Positions 12,901 to 23,333 of a stretch of 64,000 bases of DNA are shown piece by piece. This stretch comes from Cyanophora paradoxa CCMP329 (lineage: Eukaryota > Plantae > Glaucophyta). Made by a program: the position numbers and the translations under genes. Numbering within the stretch: position 1 is the first letter of the stretch; each line of letters opens with the position of its first letter. The stretch spans positions 62,001-126,000 of the forward strand of contig QPMI01000510.1 of assembly GCA_004431415.1 (NCBI GenBank). Direction: 5' to 3'. The notes below the pieces were generated by a model. The model saw only the letters and a program-made list of their open reading frames with translations. It was not told where the DNA came from and did not search any database.

Positions 12901-14172
12901 ATGCCGCCCAGCGAGCGCACGTCGGCCGCGAACGACGAGCGGCCCGCCGAGCGCGCGGGCGACGCGGCGCCGGGCGCGGGAGGCGGCGCGAGCAAGCGAG
13001 AGGCCCCGAGGTTAGCGGCTGCGCCGCTGGCGCTCTGCCTCGCGGCGCTGGCGTCGGCCGCGGCGCCGGAGCTCTTCGCCGCCTCCCTCTGGTACCGCCT
13101 GACGGACGCGGCGGGGCCCGTCGGCCGCCGCGCGCACCTCGCGCCGGCCGCCGCCGCCCTCTGCCACCTCTCCCGCCTCGCCGGCTGCGCCGCCGCCGCG
13201 CGCCGCCTCTCCCGCCCCGGCCGGGCCCCGGCGCGCGGGGGCCCTCGGAGGCGCGCCTCGCGGCCGCCGGGGCGGCCCTCGTCGCCCTCGGGTCCCTCCT
13301 CTGCCTCCTCGCGCCCCCGCCCGCCCCCGCCGCCGCCGTCTGCGCCGGAGCCGCGGCCGCCTGCGCCGGCGCCGGCGCCCTCGCCGCCGCCCGCTGGGCC
13401 GCCGCCCCGCGCTGCGCGGCGGGCGCCTCCTGCCGCTGCTGGCGGCCCTCGAGGCGGCGGGCGCCCTCGCCGCCCCGGGCCTCGTGGGGCCCTCGACAAG
13501 CTCCCGCTACCCCTCCGCGGCCCGCCCCTCCCCGCAGCGCCGCCCCCGCCGCCCTCGCCCTCGCCGTCTCGTCCGCCCTTTACCCGCTCCTGCGACTGGC
13601 GCCCGCCGGCCCGGCCCCGGCCGCATGCGCCCCGCCGCCCCGCCAATGCCAGCCTCGCCCCGCCGCCTCGTGGGCGCCCTGCCCGCGCTGCTGGCGGCTG
13701 CCGCGGGGGGTACGTGGCGGACCGCGTCACGGAGGACTTCTGGGGCTTCAGGGGCCTCGTCCTGGGCGGGGTGCACGCCCTCGCGGCGGCCGCGGCCGCG
13801 TCCACCGCCCTCCTCGCCGCCTTCCTCGGGCACCCCTCGCCCGCCCTCTCCGCCGGCCTCGCGGCGGGGGGTACGCGGCGGCCTCCCTGGCGGGCCGCGC
13901 CCCGGCTCGCTGCTCCCCCGCTCCTGTGCGGGTGGGCGGCCGCGGGGGCCCTGCTCCCCCTGGCCCTGTCCCTCGACCCCGGCCTCCCGCCCCTCCTCGC
14001 CCCCCTGGCCCAGGCCGCCGGCGCCGCCGCCGGCCCCGCCCTCGCCCGCGCCGCCCTCCGCCGCTGCTCCATCCCCGGGCTCTTCCTCGCAGCCTCCGCA
14101 GCCTGCGCCCTCTCCTGCGCCCTCCTACGCCCGCCCCGCCCCCGCCGCAACCCAAAGCTGCGAACGGACTGA
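12901..14172 (+). CDS. Hypothetical multi-pass membrane protein
   Basis: Several Ala/Leu-rich hydrophobic helices (LALCLAALASAAAPELF, GLVLGGVHALAAAAAASTALLAAFLG, GLFLAASAACALSCALL). The hydrophobic reading appears to switch frame in the middle. Confidence 0.5.
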   Translation: MPPSERTSAANDERPAERAGDAAPGAGGGASKREAPRLAAAPLALCLAALASAAAPELFAASLWYRLTDAAGPVGRRAHLAPAAAALCHLSRLAGCAAAARRLSRPGRAPARGGPRRRASRPPGRPSSPSGPSSASSRPRPPPPPPSAPEPRPPAPAPAPSPPPAGPPPRAARRAPPAAAGGPRGGGRPRRPGPRGALDKLPLPLRGPPLPAAPPPPPSPSPSRPPFTRSCDWRPPARPRPHAPRRPANASLAPPPRGRPARAAGGCRGGYVADRVTEDFWGFRGLVLGGVHALAAAAAASTALLAAFLGHPSPALSAGLAAGGTRRPPWRAAPRLAAPPLLCGWAAAGALLPLALSLDPGLPPLLAPLAQAAGAAAGPALARAALRRCSIPGLFLAASAACALSCALLRPPRPRRNPKLRTD

Positions 14173-14233
14173 CGGATCTCGTGCCCGCCTCTGTTCTGAA
14201 ACCTGAAGCTGCGCGCCTATTCGAGGCCGGCCA

Positions 14234-15312
14234 TCACTTTGTGCACGAATCTGCCAGGGCGGGGCGTCAGGGGGAGGAGGGGGATCAGTGCGGGGGGTAC
14301 AAGGGCGCACTCGAAGTAGTTCACTACCCCCGACGCCTTGTCCTTGTCCAGCTGTCAGGCGCCGAATCAGGGAGGGGACAGAGGGAGCGGAATCGGCGGG
14401 GCAGGGGGTACCGGTGCTAACAGATCCCTTGCCTCTTCCCGCTACAGGGGAGGTGAGCGAACTGAGACCCAGGACGGGTACGGAATCTGCGAGGCTTACC
14501 GTGACGGCCCCGGGGCCGGACATGAGCGCCTTCTCGAGGTCGGCAAGGCGAACGAAGCCCTCCCTCGAGCCCACCTGCGGAGGGGGGATCCAGTCAGGGG
14601 TACAGGAAGGAAGCTTGCACGGCGGGGTGGAGGGGCGGGCCTCGAAGACGCGGAAAGCCTCTTTGATCTCCGTCGAGGAAAAAGGCGGCCGCACTGCGCG
14701 GCGGCTCAGGCGCGGATGAGGGGCGAGGCGGTACCCCCCGCTACACGCGCCTTTCGTCTCCATCATGCGGACTGCGGCAAGGGCTCAGTACGGAGCCGAG
14801 GCGGGGCAGCTGGGGGAAGGCGGGCGGGCGGGCGGGCGGGCGGGCGGGCGGCGCACCGAACTGGTCGAAGTTGATCTCGATGTCGGCGGAGGGGTCTTCT
14901 TCCTCCCCGAGGAACGCGGCGACCATCCCGTCGAGCTCCTGGTCCGACGGGTTCAGGCCCTGCGCCCCCCGAGTCGGCGGCCCTTCCGGGTGGAGTGCGG
15001 CGGAGTCGGCGGAGCCGACCAGGGTCTGCATGAGGCTCTTGATCTCGCCCTTGCTCACGGCGCCCGACCCGTCCAAGTCAACAAGATCTGCCGCATCGCC
15101 TTCAGAGGCGTACGCACGCAGCTGTGCGGGCTGAGCGGCGCACTGAATATGGCTTTGAACTCCTCAACGTCCCGCATCGTCAGCTGCGGGTACTTCGGGT
15201 CTGCGAGCACGGAGAGCTTAGAGCATCCTTCCAGGAGCGCCGAAGGCAGGCTGGGCGCACGTGGCCTGTCCATGGCATCCTGTTTTTTCTGGCCCTTCGC
15301 CTTGGGCGGCAT
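14234..15312 (-). CDS. Calmodulin/centrin-like EF-hand protein
   Basis: DVEEFKAIF-LVDLDGSGAVSKGEIKSLMQTL-GLNPSDQELDGMV...INFDQF; TEIKEAFRVFE; LDKDKASGVVNYFE. Confidence 0.85.
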
Positions 15313-15595
15313 CGCGGCGGCGGCTGCTTAGCTATGCGCTCCGACGCGGTAGCAGTTGTGCTGCAGTGCTCTTGTGCTCGTCTACGAAGGGCAGGCAGTG
15401 CACGGCGCAGTCGGCGCAATCGCACTCCCACTGCAGCCGCTCGAATCTACGGCACAATACAAGGTCCCACAGGCGTGCGGCTAGGTATAGTTACACCGGA
15501 TAGCAGTGCTGCTGGGTCTGTACGGGCGTCGGGCGTGCCGACTTCGCTGCTCATGGGCTGTACGCGGTACCCCAGCCGGCTCGAATTGGCGCCAG

Positions 15596-15740
15596 TGTTG
15601 CCACTCCACTACGTACCCTTTTGCACCACGTAGCAGAATCGAGTTGGACGGGCCTATTACATGATTGCCGGGGCCCCGTGCCCAAATCCGCTTTGGGCAC
15701 GTCGGGGCTAGGGCGCGTCGTGCCCAAAGGCTTGGGCACG
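15596..15740 (+). repeat. Left terminal inverted repeat (145 bp)
   Basis: Reverse complement of 21068-21212 with one mismatch (aggcTtggg vs aggcCtggg). Contains two internal palindromes, CGTGCCCAA..TTGGGCACG. Confidence 0.97.
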
Positions 15741-15790
15741 TAAGCTTTGTGTTGGGCACGACAGGTGTTAGAGCCCAGACAGCTGCAGCG

Positions 15791-17563
15791 ATGTTGGGCC
15801 TGTCGCCGGAGGAGATTCAGGCGGCCGGCCAGATTCTGCAGTTCTGCGTCTTCTGCAGCTTCGCGCTACAGACAGCTGTGCTCGCGGGTCGCGCGTGGTG
15901 CGGCCGCAAGTGTACCTGCCACATCGAGCAGCTGATCTCGTCGTTCTCGAGCTGCGACTGCGATCACAAGGAGGGCCACCGCGGCCATTGTCCTGGCGGG
16001 CATCTTGCTAGATCTCTCTTAGATCAGCTCCAGCAGGCACGCGCGGGGCCTTCGAGCAGTTCAAGCAATGGTGGCGGGAACAGCACGGCAGCAGCTGGCC
16101 CGCCGCCTGGCGCGTATGTCGTCCCTCCGGAGCAGCGTAGGGCACCAACTGCTGCGACCCAGCGGCAATCGGACGGCTCGGACGGCGGCGCAGCGCCCAG
16201 CGAGGAAACGACCAGCACGCGGCACACCGTGCGCTGGACGTACGAAGAGTTCATAAAGGCGTGCAACGAATTAGCGCCATTCCGGAAGCACAAGGACATG
16301 CAGGACGAGCAGGGGAATCCCAACGCGGAGCGCGCACTCGACGAGACGGAACGCTACAACGCGCTGGTCTGGGAGCGGGACATGAAGGCAGCCGGGGACG
16401 CGAACGACAAGGAGGCGATCAAGCGGCTGAACGCGTCGAAGCCAGTCGTGCGTGCGCGCGTCCAGAGGAAGGACCTGGAGGCGCCAGCGGATCCGAACAA
16501 GAGCGACGAGCAGAACCAGAAGGCTGCGGAGGGGAGGGCCAAGAAGAGTAACGATCAGCGGATCAAGAACCGCACCGGCAACTACGTTCTAGTCGAGCAG
16601 CCAAACCCGCGCGACCCGAACGGACCCGCGGTGTATGTCATGCAGGAAGTGCAGGTGGCCAAGAAGCGCCAGAAGAACAACACTGGAGCGGTGGCGGCGA
16701 CGGCCCCTACTCAAGTGCGTATCTTGCCGAAGGACGCCCGCGAGGTCTTCGAAATCCTGTCGGTAAGGACGTGTCCAAACATCGTGCCCAATCGTGCTCA
16801 AACCGTGCCCGGAGCACGACGTGACGACGCGCGCGCAGGAGTACCATAACGCGGCGCACGAGGCTGCGTACACCGTCAAGGGCAAGGTTTCGCGCGTCTA
16901 TGCCATCAAAGACAAGTTCGTCGAGTACTTCTGCAAGGTGCTCGCTGCAGCTGCCCGCGCGGGGACCCTGAGCAAGACTGACACCCGTACGCAGCGCTGC
17001 CCGTACTGTGCCATCAACAGGGCGGTCGAGCTCGCTGCGAAGCTCGCGGGCATGAAGCCTATCGTCGGCCGACGAAGTGTGCTCTATGCGGCATCCTGCC
17101 CCTCCAGGCGAGACCGGCGGCTTTGCCGGGTTCAAGCATCTCATCGAGAGCATCACCGCCGCCAGCACCGAACCTGTAACCCTCAGGTCCGTCTTCCTCC
17201 AGCATTCTTTCTCAGCGCTCTGACTGCCATGTCTTGCCTGGCAGAAAAGCGTTCTTTGACTGGTGCGCCATCGAAATCGACAGGCCGAGCAAGATCTGCA
17301 ACTGCACGACTGGCTGCACGAACAAGAAGTGCATTTGCAAGTACGAAGACATCATCTGCTCGTCAAAGTGCCACAAGAAGTCGGGGAGGGACGCGTGCAA
17401 GAACCGCTCTTGCATCCAGAAACCTTGGAAGAAAGTACAGAAGAGCGCCGAGAAGGAGGCCGCTGCCGCGGCAGAGGCCGCGGCTGGCCCGCCGAGCCTG
17501 AGGCTGAGGCGGGCCCCTCTAATGCCAAGTAGTGCAGCCAGTTTACGATCGATTTTGGAATAG
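15791..17563 (+). CDS. Ginger2-type integrase-derived protein lacking the DDE catalytic core
   Basis: The spliced reading gives EVFEILSEYHNAAH...FVEYFCKRCPYC...KPIV (integrase H-H-C-C zinc finger). It passes within ~45 aa to CNCTTGCTNKKCICKYEDIICSSKCH...CKN, a Cys-rich tail like that of KRBA2/Ginger2-type integrases. Four GT-AG introns keep the frame open. Confidence 0.75.
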
Positions 17564-18183
17564 CCTTTCGTTGTGAAAGAGTTTCCGAGTCGTGCCCTCC
17601 TTGAGCATGTCCGAACTTCGTCTGGGCACGTACTTGGGCACGATTGGGCATGACGTGGGCACGAGCAAGTAGCAGAAACCGGTAAAGAGGGAGCGAACCA
17701 TGAAGCTTCATGAATACGAGTTAAACAAGGCTTCAGCATTCTCAAATTCAACTTGTGCGGCCTCTCGGACGGGTCGGAACTGCTTCAGGTCTTCGAGGCC
17801 TCATCATGAGTTCATGACCCTTGGCTTCACATCATGATGCGAGTCCGATGGTCAGACTTCTGAGCGACGCGGAACATGTCATGCTGAAGTTCTTCGCATC
17901 GCCTTTCTTCATCAAAACGTTGTAAAATATCAATACTGTTAAGTTCACATGGCAAATGTGCAGTTCAATGCGCAATCGTGCTCCGCGACGTCAATCACTG
18001 CTAAATTCAGGATCAAGTCGGTTTGGGCATGACGGGGCACATTTGGGCATGTTTGGGCACGAGCCGGGCACGACCAGTGCACGACCCAATTCTAAGGAAG
18101 ATACGCTGCAAAAACCCTAATAGAGCAACACTATCAATGCTAGTAGAGCTACTAGGACTGCTACTAGGAGATAGACACTGGAT

Positions 18184-21029
18184 CTACTTTGCCGCCGCCG
18201 CCTTTTTTTGGGCCGCAGCTAGCTTTGCGGTGTCCTGAATGAGCTGCTTGATCCCGTACACCCTAGGCAGCCCGACGGCGGATCGCCGTGCTTGTTGCAC
18301 TTGGGAAGATGTGGCCCTGCTTGTATGTGCTCTTGGACTTGACCGTCTCCCGTATGCACAGGAAGTACTTGAACTGGGATTCGCTAAGAAATGAAAGGAG
18401 AGATAAGAGGAGCAGTGCTCTCACCGCCGGAGGTGTTTTCTTGGAGTTGAGCACCTTGGAATCCGCGTGCTCGGCATCGAACTCGCACTCGAGCGTCGTG
18501 ATCTCTGCCCCCTGAACGACAGGGGCATATGCCCAGTCGTCCTCATACCCATCCAAGCTGACCGTCCAGCAGATGAAGAGAGACTGCGTGGTGCCGCGGG
18601 AATCGTCGACCAGGTCGACGGGGCCCCCGTACCGGCCGGTGTACACGTCGATCATGTACAGAATGTCGCCCTCTGGGCTCCGGCTTGCCCGCAAGGCTGG
18701 GACGATCTCTACAGGGGGGAACCGATCCCGCCACGTTTTTCTGCGTCTGACATGTCAGTCGGGCAGAAAGAAGGCACGGCGGACCGAAGAAAGCACCCTG
18801 TAGGGTCCATCGTGTTGAAGTCGTAGTGCCTCCCCTTCTCTCGCCTGCAACAGCGACGCTCCGGAATCAGATTTCGTCGGGAGAACCATGGGGCACGTTG
18901 GGGCACGATTGGGGCACGTTTGGGCACGAGAGTGCAGCACGACCAAGGACGCGACATGCCGAAATAGTACCCAGACCGTGCCCAAGCACGGGAACGCACG
19001 GGGGAGCCTGAGTGCTGGCTTCGTCGTCGCGCGAGGGCGCATGCTTGGGCCCCCTGTGCGAAGATTGCTCCTGAGCCTTGCCTGAGTGCTCCGGGTCCTT
19101 TCCCTTCGCCGCCTTCTTCTCCGGGCCAGATGCTGCCTTCAGTGAACGTCAGGTGGGGGAGAGATGCACACGTTGGACGGCGCGGGCAGCCACCTTCGAC
19201 GACGACGACGCCGACGTGTGCTCCTTCACGCTCGCTGCCCTGGGCTTCTTCGACAGTTGCGGTTCAATCTCTGTCTCCAGCTCTTCCTCAGTGTCCTTCG
19301 GCGCCGGCGTCCTCTTCTTCTTCTTCTTCTTCTTCACTGAGTCCTCTGCGTTCTGCCCACCCGTAGCCTGCGCCGGGTTTGCATGAGTGTCTGGAATGTG
19401 ACAGCGGGCGTGGGGCGTCTCGAGCACGTCCTCATGAAAGCTCACCGATTTCTCAGCACGTGGTGCCCCATTACGTGCCCAGCCGTGCCCGACGACTGTG
19501 GACGTGCCCGCGTCGTGCCCAAATGTGCCCGCGCCGTGCCCAAACGTGCTCCGGTCACGGCGGCCTCCGCCGCGTTCTCGTCCTCCGCCTCCTCGTGCTT
19601 CCGCGCCCGGTTCGTCTTCTCCGTAGCGGCCTTCTTCTCCGCTGGCGCCTTCTTGGTCGCCTTCTTCGGATGCTCGGTTGCAGCGCCGCCTCCTCCATCG
19701 GAGTTCTCGTCGTCTCTTCGCTTCGCAGCGTGAACCCGGCTCTGGTGTGTTATGCCCGACCTGGCCGCCTTCTCCTTCACTGTCGCCAGGTTCGTTTCCC
19801 ATGGCGGCTCCACGTCAGGCCTGCGGCGAGGCTTAGCGTCCATGGCGGGAGAAAGAGGGAGAAAGAGAAAGAGAAAGAGAGCGGCAAGGGCGCACTTCGG
19901 AAGGAACGGGATGTTGTCGACTGACATGATCATCGTCCATGTCCTGTAGATCCTGTTGACCTCCAGCAGTGCTCGGGTCTTCTCGTACGGGTTGAGGGTC
20001 TGGAGCCGCTGTTTCATCCGTTCCGTGCACTTCTCTTTGATCTTCGCTGGGATGCTTGAGGTCTCCACCGTCCTGTCCAGGAGGACGGCCAACCTGCGAG
20101 GCAAGGTTTGCGCTGCTCTTGTGCTGCTTCCAAAAGAACGCAGCCACTCACGCGTCTTCCATGTCTGCAATGACCAGCGTGTTCTGTCCTCTCACCTTGC
20201 TCAGGCCGTCAGCTTCCCCGTAGTGCAGACGAAACGGGGCGGCAAGGAATCGGTTCAGGTTCTTGATGTTCGCTCGCGCGCCCTTTCCAAAGATCTGCGT
20301 GCACGGCCCGTGCTCAGACGTGCCCCGTACGTGCCCGGATCGTGCCCGGATCATGTACCTGGTCTTTCGCTTGGTCAGCGCTGATCCCGCCGAAGATGCC
20401 ATCCGTGTCCAGACTGAGGAAGCGCTCATACTGCTCCAGCCCGTCATCCTCATCACCGCTCCCGCGGCGCTGCCCGCGCTGGATGCGGCCGTGGGGGCGC
20501 GAGGCGCTACCGCTGCTAGCGCTGCGGGAGCTGCAGGGCCGGCCGGTGGGAGGCCCTGCAGGAGACATCAGGCGCGGGATATCGTTCACGTTAGCTAGCG
20601 CACCAGGCCGTAGTGCGCCAGGTCGGGCTGCACTACTTTGGCCGGCGCGACGATGAGGGTAACGGGCCCTCCTCGACCACCACGGCGAACTCCTGCGCAT
20701 GCCCGAGTCCAGATCAGTCGATCGGCGTTGCTTGCACGCGGCAGTACGACTCGCACGTCATGATAGAGTCGCACAGTAGCTCCCCGCCAGCACTGCCAGA
20801 AGCGCAGCTGATCTATCTGCTGTATCTCCGGACGAAGAAGCTTCCTGTCTACCAGCTTCCTGAATATGGGCTCCGCCGACGGTATGAGCGGTGCTGGGAC
20901 CATGTTGCCCATCGTCGGCAAGCACTCCGCTGGATTGCCAACTTCGCTATGCAAGTACACACAGAACGACCACATAGTTGGAGCCTGCACGCCCCCGCCT
21001 GCCGCGCTGCCAGGCTGCTCTCCCGCCAT
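18184..21029 (-). CDS. Transposon cargo gene of unknown function (multi-exon, Lys/Glu-rich middle)
   Basis: Ordered N-terminal exons (MWSFCVYLHSEVG, FRKLVDRKLLRPEIQQIDQLRFWQCW, ERMKQRLQTLNPYEKTRALLEVNRIYRTW), a basic disordered middle (KKKKKKKR), and a globular C-terminal part (ILYMIDVYTGRY, LFICWTVSLDGYEDDWAY, QFKYFLCIRE). GT-AG introns. Exon chaining is partly uncertain. Confidence 0.6.
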
Positions 21030-21067
21030 CGCGGGGCACGACTTGGGCACGACGCTGCTCTACCCGC

Positions 21068-21212
21068 CGTGCCCAGGCCTTTGGGCACGACGCGCCCTAG
21101 CCCCGACGTGCCCAAAGCGGATTTGGGCACGGGGCCCCGGCAATCATGTAATAGGCCCGTCCAACTCGATTCTGCTACGTGGTGCAAAAGGGTACGTAGT
21201 GGAGTGGCAACA
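21068..21212 (-). repeat. Right terminal inverted repeat (145 bp)
   Basis: Inverted copy of 15596-15740, ending ...GAGTGGCAACA and followed by the TSD GCCAG. Confidence 0.97.
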
Positions 21213-22092
21213 GCCAGCCGGCGCCCGAGCTCGAGCCATAGCCAGCACCGGTACCGCCGCACTGCAAGCGAACAGCAATTTGATTAAAGTAGTTGAGGCC
21301 GATTGCAACTGTGCGGGCCGCCGAGCCGCGCGCGCGCGGATCGATATCCGGAGCACCGCGCGCGCGCGCGGCCGCGCCGCCGGCCGCGCGGGCGCCGGCC
21401 TTGGCACACTGTGACATAAGCACGACGGTCGACTCGGCGATCATCGGATCAATATATATATACTCAGAACGCACCCGGTGACCACCGCGCGCGCACGCAT
21501 GTGCACATCCGCGCGCGGCGCCCGCCGGCCGGCCGGCCGGGCGCCGACCCCTGATGCACTGCACTGTATACGTAGCTGTAGCCTCATCGGCTGTAGGCTG
21601 CACACCGGACCGGATCATCGAATCGCTCTAATCAAGTTTAGGGAAGCTTGCCTTTCGTGAGCAAGAGAATTCCGAAGAATTGCATTTGCGTTTTTTGCAT
21701 TTTACCAAGTTTCAGTTGATCATGACCTGAACGGCGAAAGCCGGCTGTTGAAACAACATACGATTCGATGCGAAAACGTGACGTGAGAGAAATTATGCGA
21801 CGAGCATGAAATGATATCGAAGATGATGTACAGAGTGACTCTTTGAGACTGCTACGAAATACGAAAGAAATTAAAGCGCGATGCGAACGACCCTTCATCC
21901 CGAACCACTCCTACTGAACTACATGTAATCGACTCGGCGAGCGACTGCACTGCCCTACGACTGCGATCTCCTCGGCTGCCTATCCTCCTCCATGAAAACC
22001 CAAACGAGCAGCACTCCGGCTGTTACTCGACTCTACAACAACAAGGACCCAAAACTGACTCGCGCGCGACGCGACGCGATGCGGGGCCACGG

Positions 22093-23333
22093 TCATGCCT
22101 CGCTGGAGAGGCCGGCGGCGCTGAGGGCGGCCTCGGCGCGGCGCAGGCGCTCGGCCAGCGTCTTCGTCTCCACCGCGGCCTTGGTCATCGACGCCATCTT
22201 CTCGAAGAGCGACTTGCGCAGGGCGGGGACCTTGGCGAGCTCCGCGTCCTTCGCCGCCAGCTCCGCCTTGGCGCGGGCGAGCGCCGCCTCGGCCTGCTTG
22301 CGGCGCGCGACCTCGCGCTCGGCCTCGGCGTTGGACTCCTCGGCGGCCTGCGCGGCGGTGCGCCAGAGCTCGCGGGCCGACTTGAGCTCCTCCTCGAAGA
22401 GCTCCGCCCGCTCCTCCGCCTCGCGCCGCTCCTTGTCCAGCTCCTCCGCCTCGTGCTCGAACGCGTCCTGCCCCCGCACCCTCAGCATGGGCCCGCCCCG
22501 CGGCGGCGGCTCGCCCCGGGGTCGCGGGTCGCTCACCACGGCCTCGGCGCCGCTCGCGCGGTACTGCTCGGCCCGCTTCTGCGCCGCCTCGAGCTGCGCC
22601 TTGCTCGCCCGCAGCCGGTTCTCGAGGCCGCGGTGCACCGACTCGAGCTCCAGGACGCGGGCGCGGAGCCCGGCAGCTTCCTGCGGGGCGCAGGGATCAG
22701 CCCCGCGGCCCGGGGAGCGCGCGCGTGACGCCAGTGACGGGGCCGCACCCTCCGCGCCTCGCCCCGCGCCGCCTCGACATCGGCGGCCTCCTTCTCGCGC
22801 TCAGCCAGAGCCTCCTTCAGGTGCGCGTTCTCCGCCTTGAGGTGCTTGTTCTCCATGAGCGCGATGTCCAGGTTGAAGCGCATCGAAGCGATCTGCGGCG
22901 CGCCGGCGGCCGCGGGCCACGATCAGCGCGGGGGACCGGGCGGGGGCGATCTGGAACCAGCGCTGACCTCCTCGAAGGGGCAGGAAGCGGGCTCCGCGGG
23001 GTCCTGCGCCTGCGCCGAGAGGCGCCGCTGCTTGTGGGGGACATCGCTGGAGGAGCAGGACGAGTTGGAGCAGACGGAGATGGTGTCGAGGGCCGCGTGG
23101 CGGGGCGGGCGGCGGTGCATGAGGCGCGACGAGGGGCCGGGCTGGCGCGAGGCGAGGACGGCGAGCTGCTGCTCCCAGCGCGACTCCAGGTGCTGCTGCT
23201 GCTTGGCGAGCGCCTCCTCCTCCGACGTCGGCGACGAGCGGGCGCTGGAGCCCTGGAGAGACTCCGGCGACAGGGACCTGCACCGCAGCGCGGCCGCGCT
23301 CTCCGCGGCGGACTTGGCCGATGTGAACGACAT
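22093..23333 (-). CDS. Coiled-coil protein, hypothetical
   Basis: Heptad-rich exons ENKHLKAENAHLKEALAERE and EAEELDKERREAEERAELFEEELKSARE...AERLRRAEAAL. Ser-rich N-terminus; start uncertain. Confidence 0.7.

Larger units (their letters stand above)
15596..21212. mobile_element. Ginger2/TDD-like cut-and-paste DNA transposon, probably non-autonomous
   Basis: 145-bp terminal inverted repeats, 5'-TGT...ACA-3' ends, 5-bp direct repeat GCCAG on both flanks (15591-15595, 21213-21217), an internal gene with an integrase HHCC finger and Cys-rich tail, and lower GC than the host genes. Confidence 0.9.

Noticed and set aside
18111-18120. Telomere/telo-box-like AAACCCTAA (also TTTAGGG near 21637)
   Set aside because: Isolated single copies, compatible with chance.
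18184-21029. Fanzor/TnpB nuclease as transposon cargo
   Set aside because: I found no RuvC D-E-D motifs and no C-terminal CxxC...CxxC/RDxNA signature in the readable exons.
15596-21212. LTR retrotransposon or Polinton (integrase, TG..CA ends, 5-bp TSD)
   Set aside because: The terminal repeats are inverted, not direct, and there is no RT, gag, polB or capsid gene.
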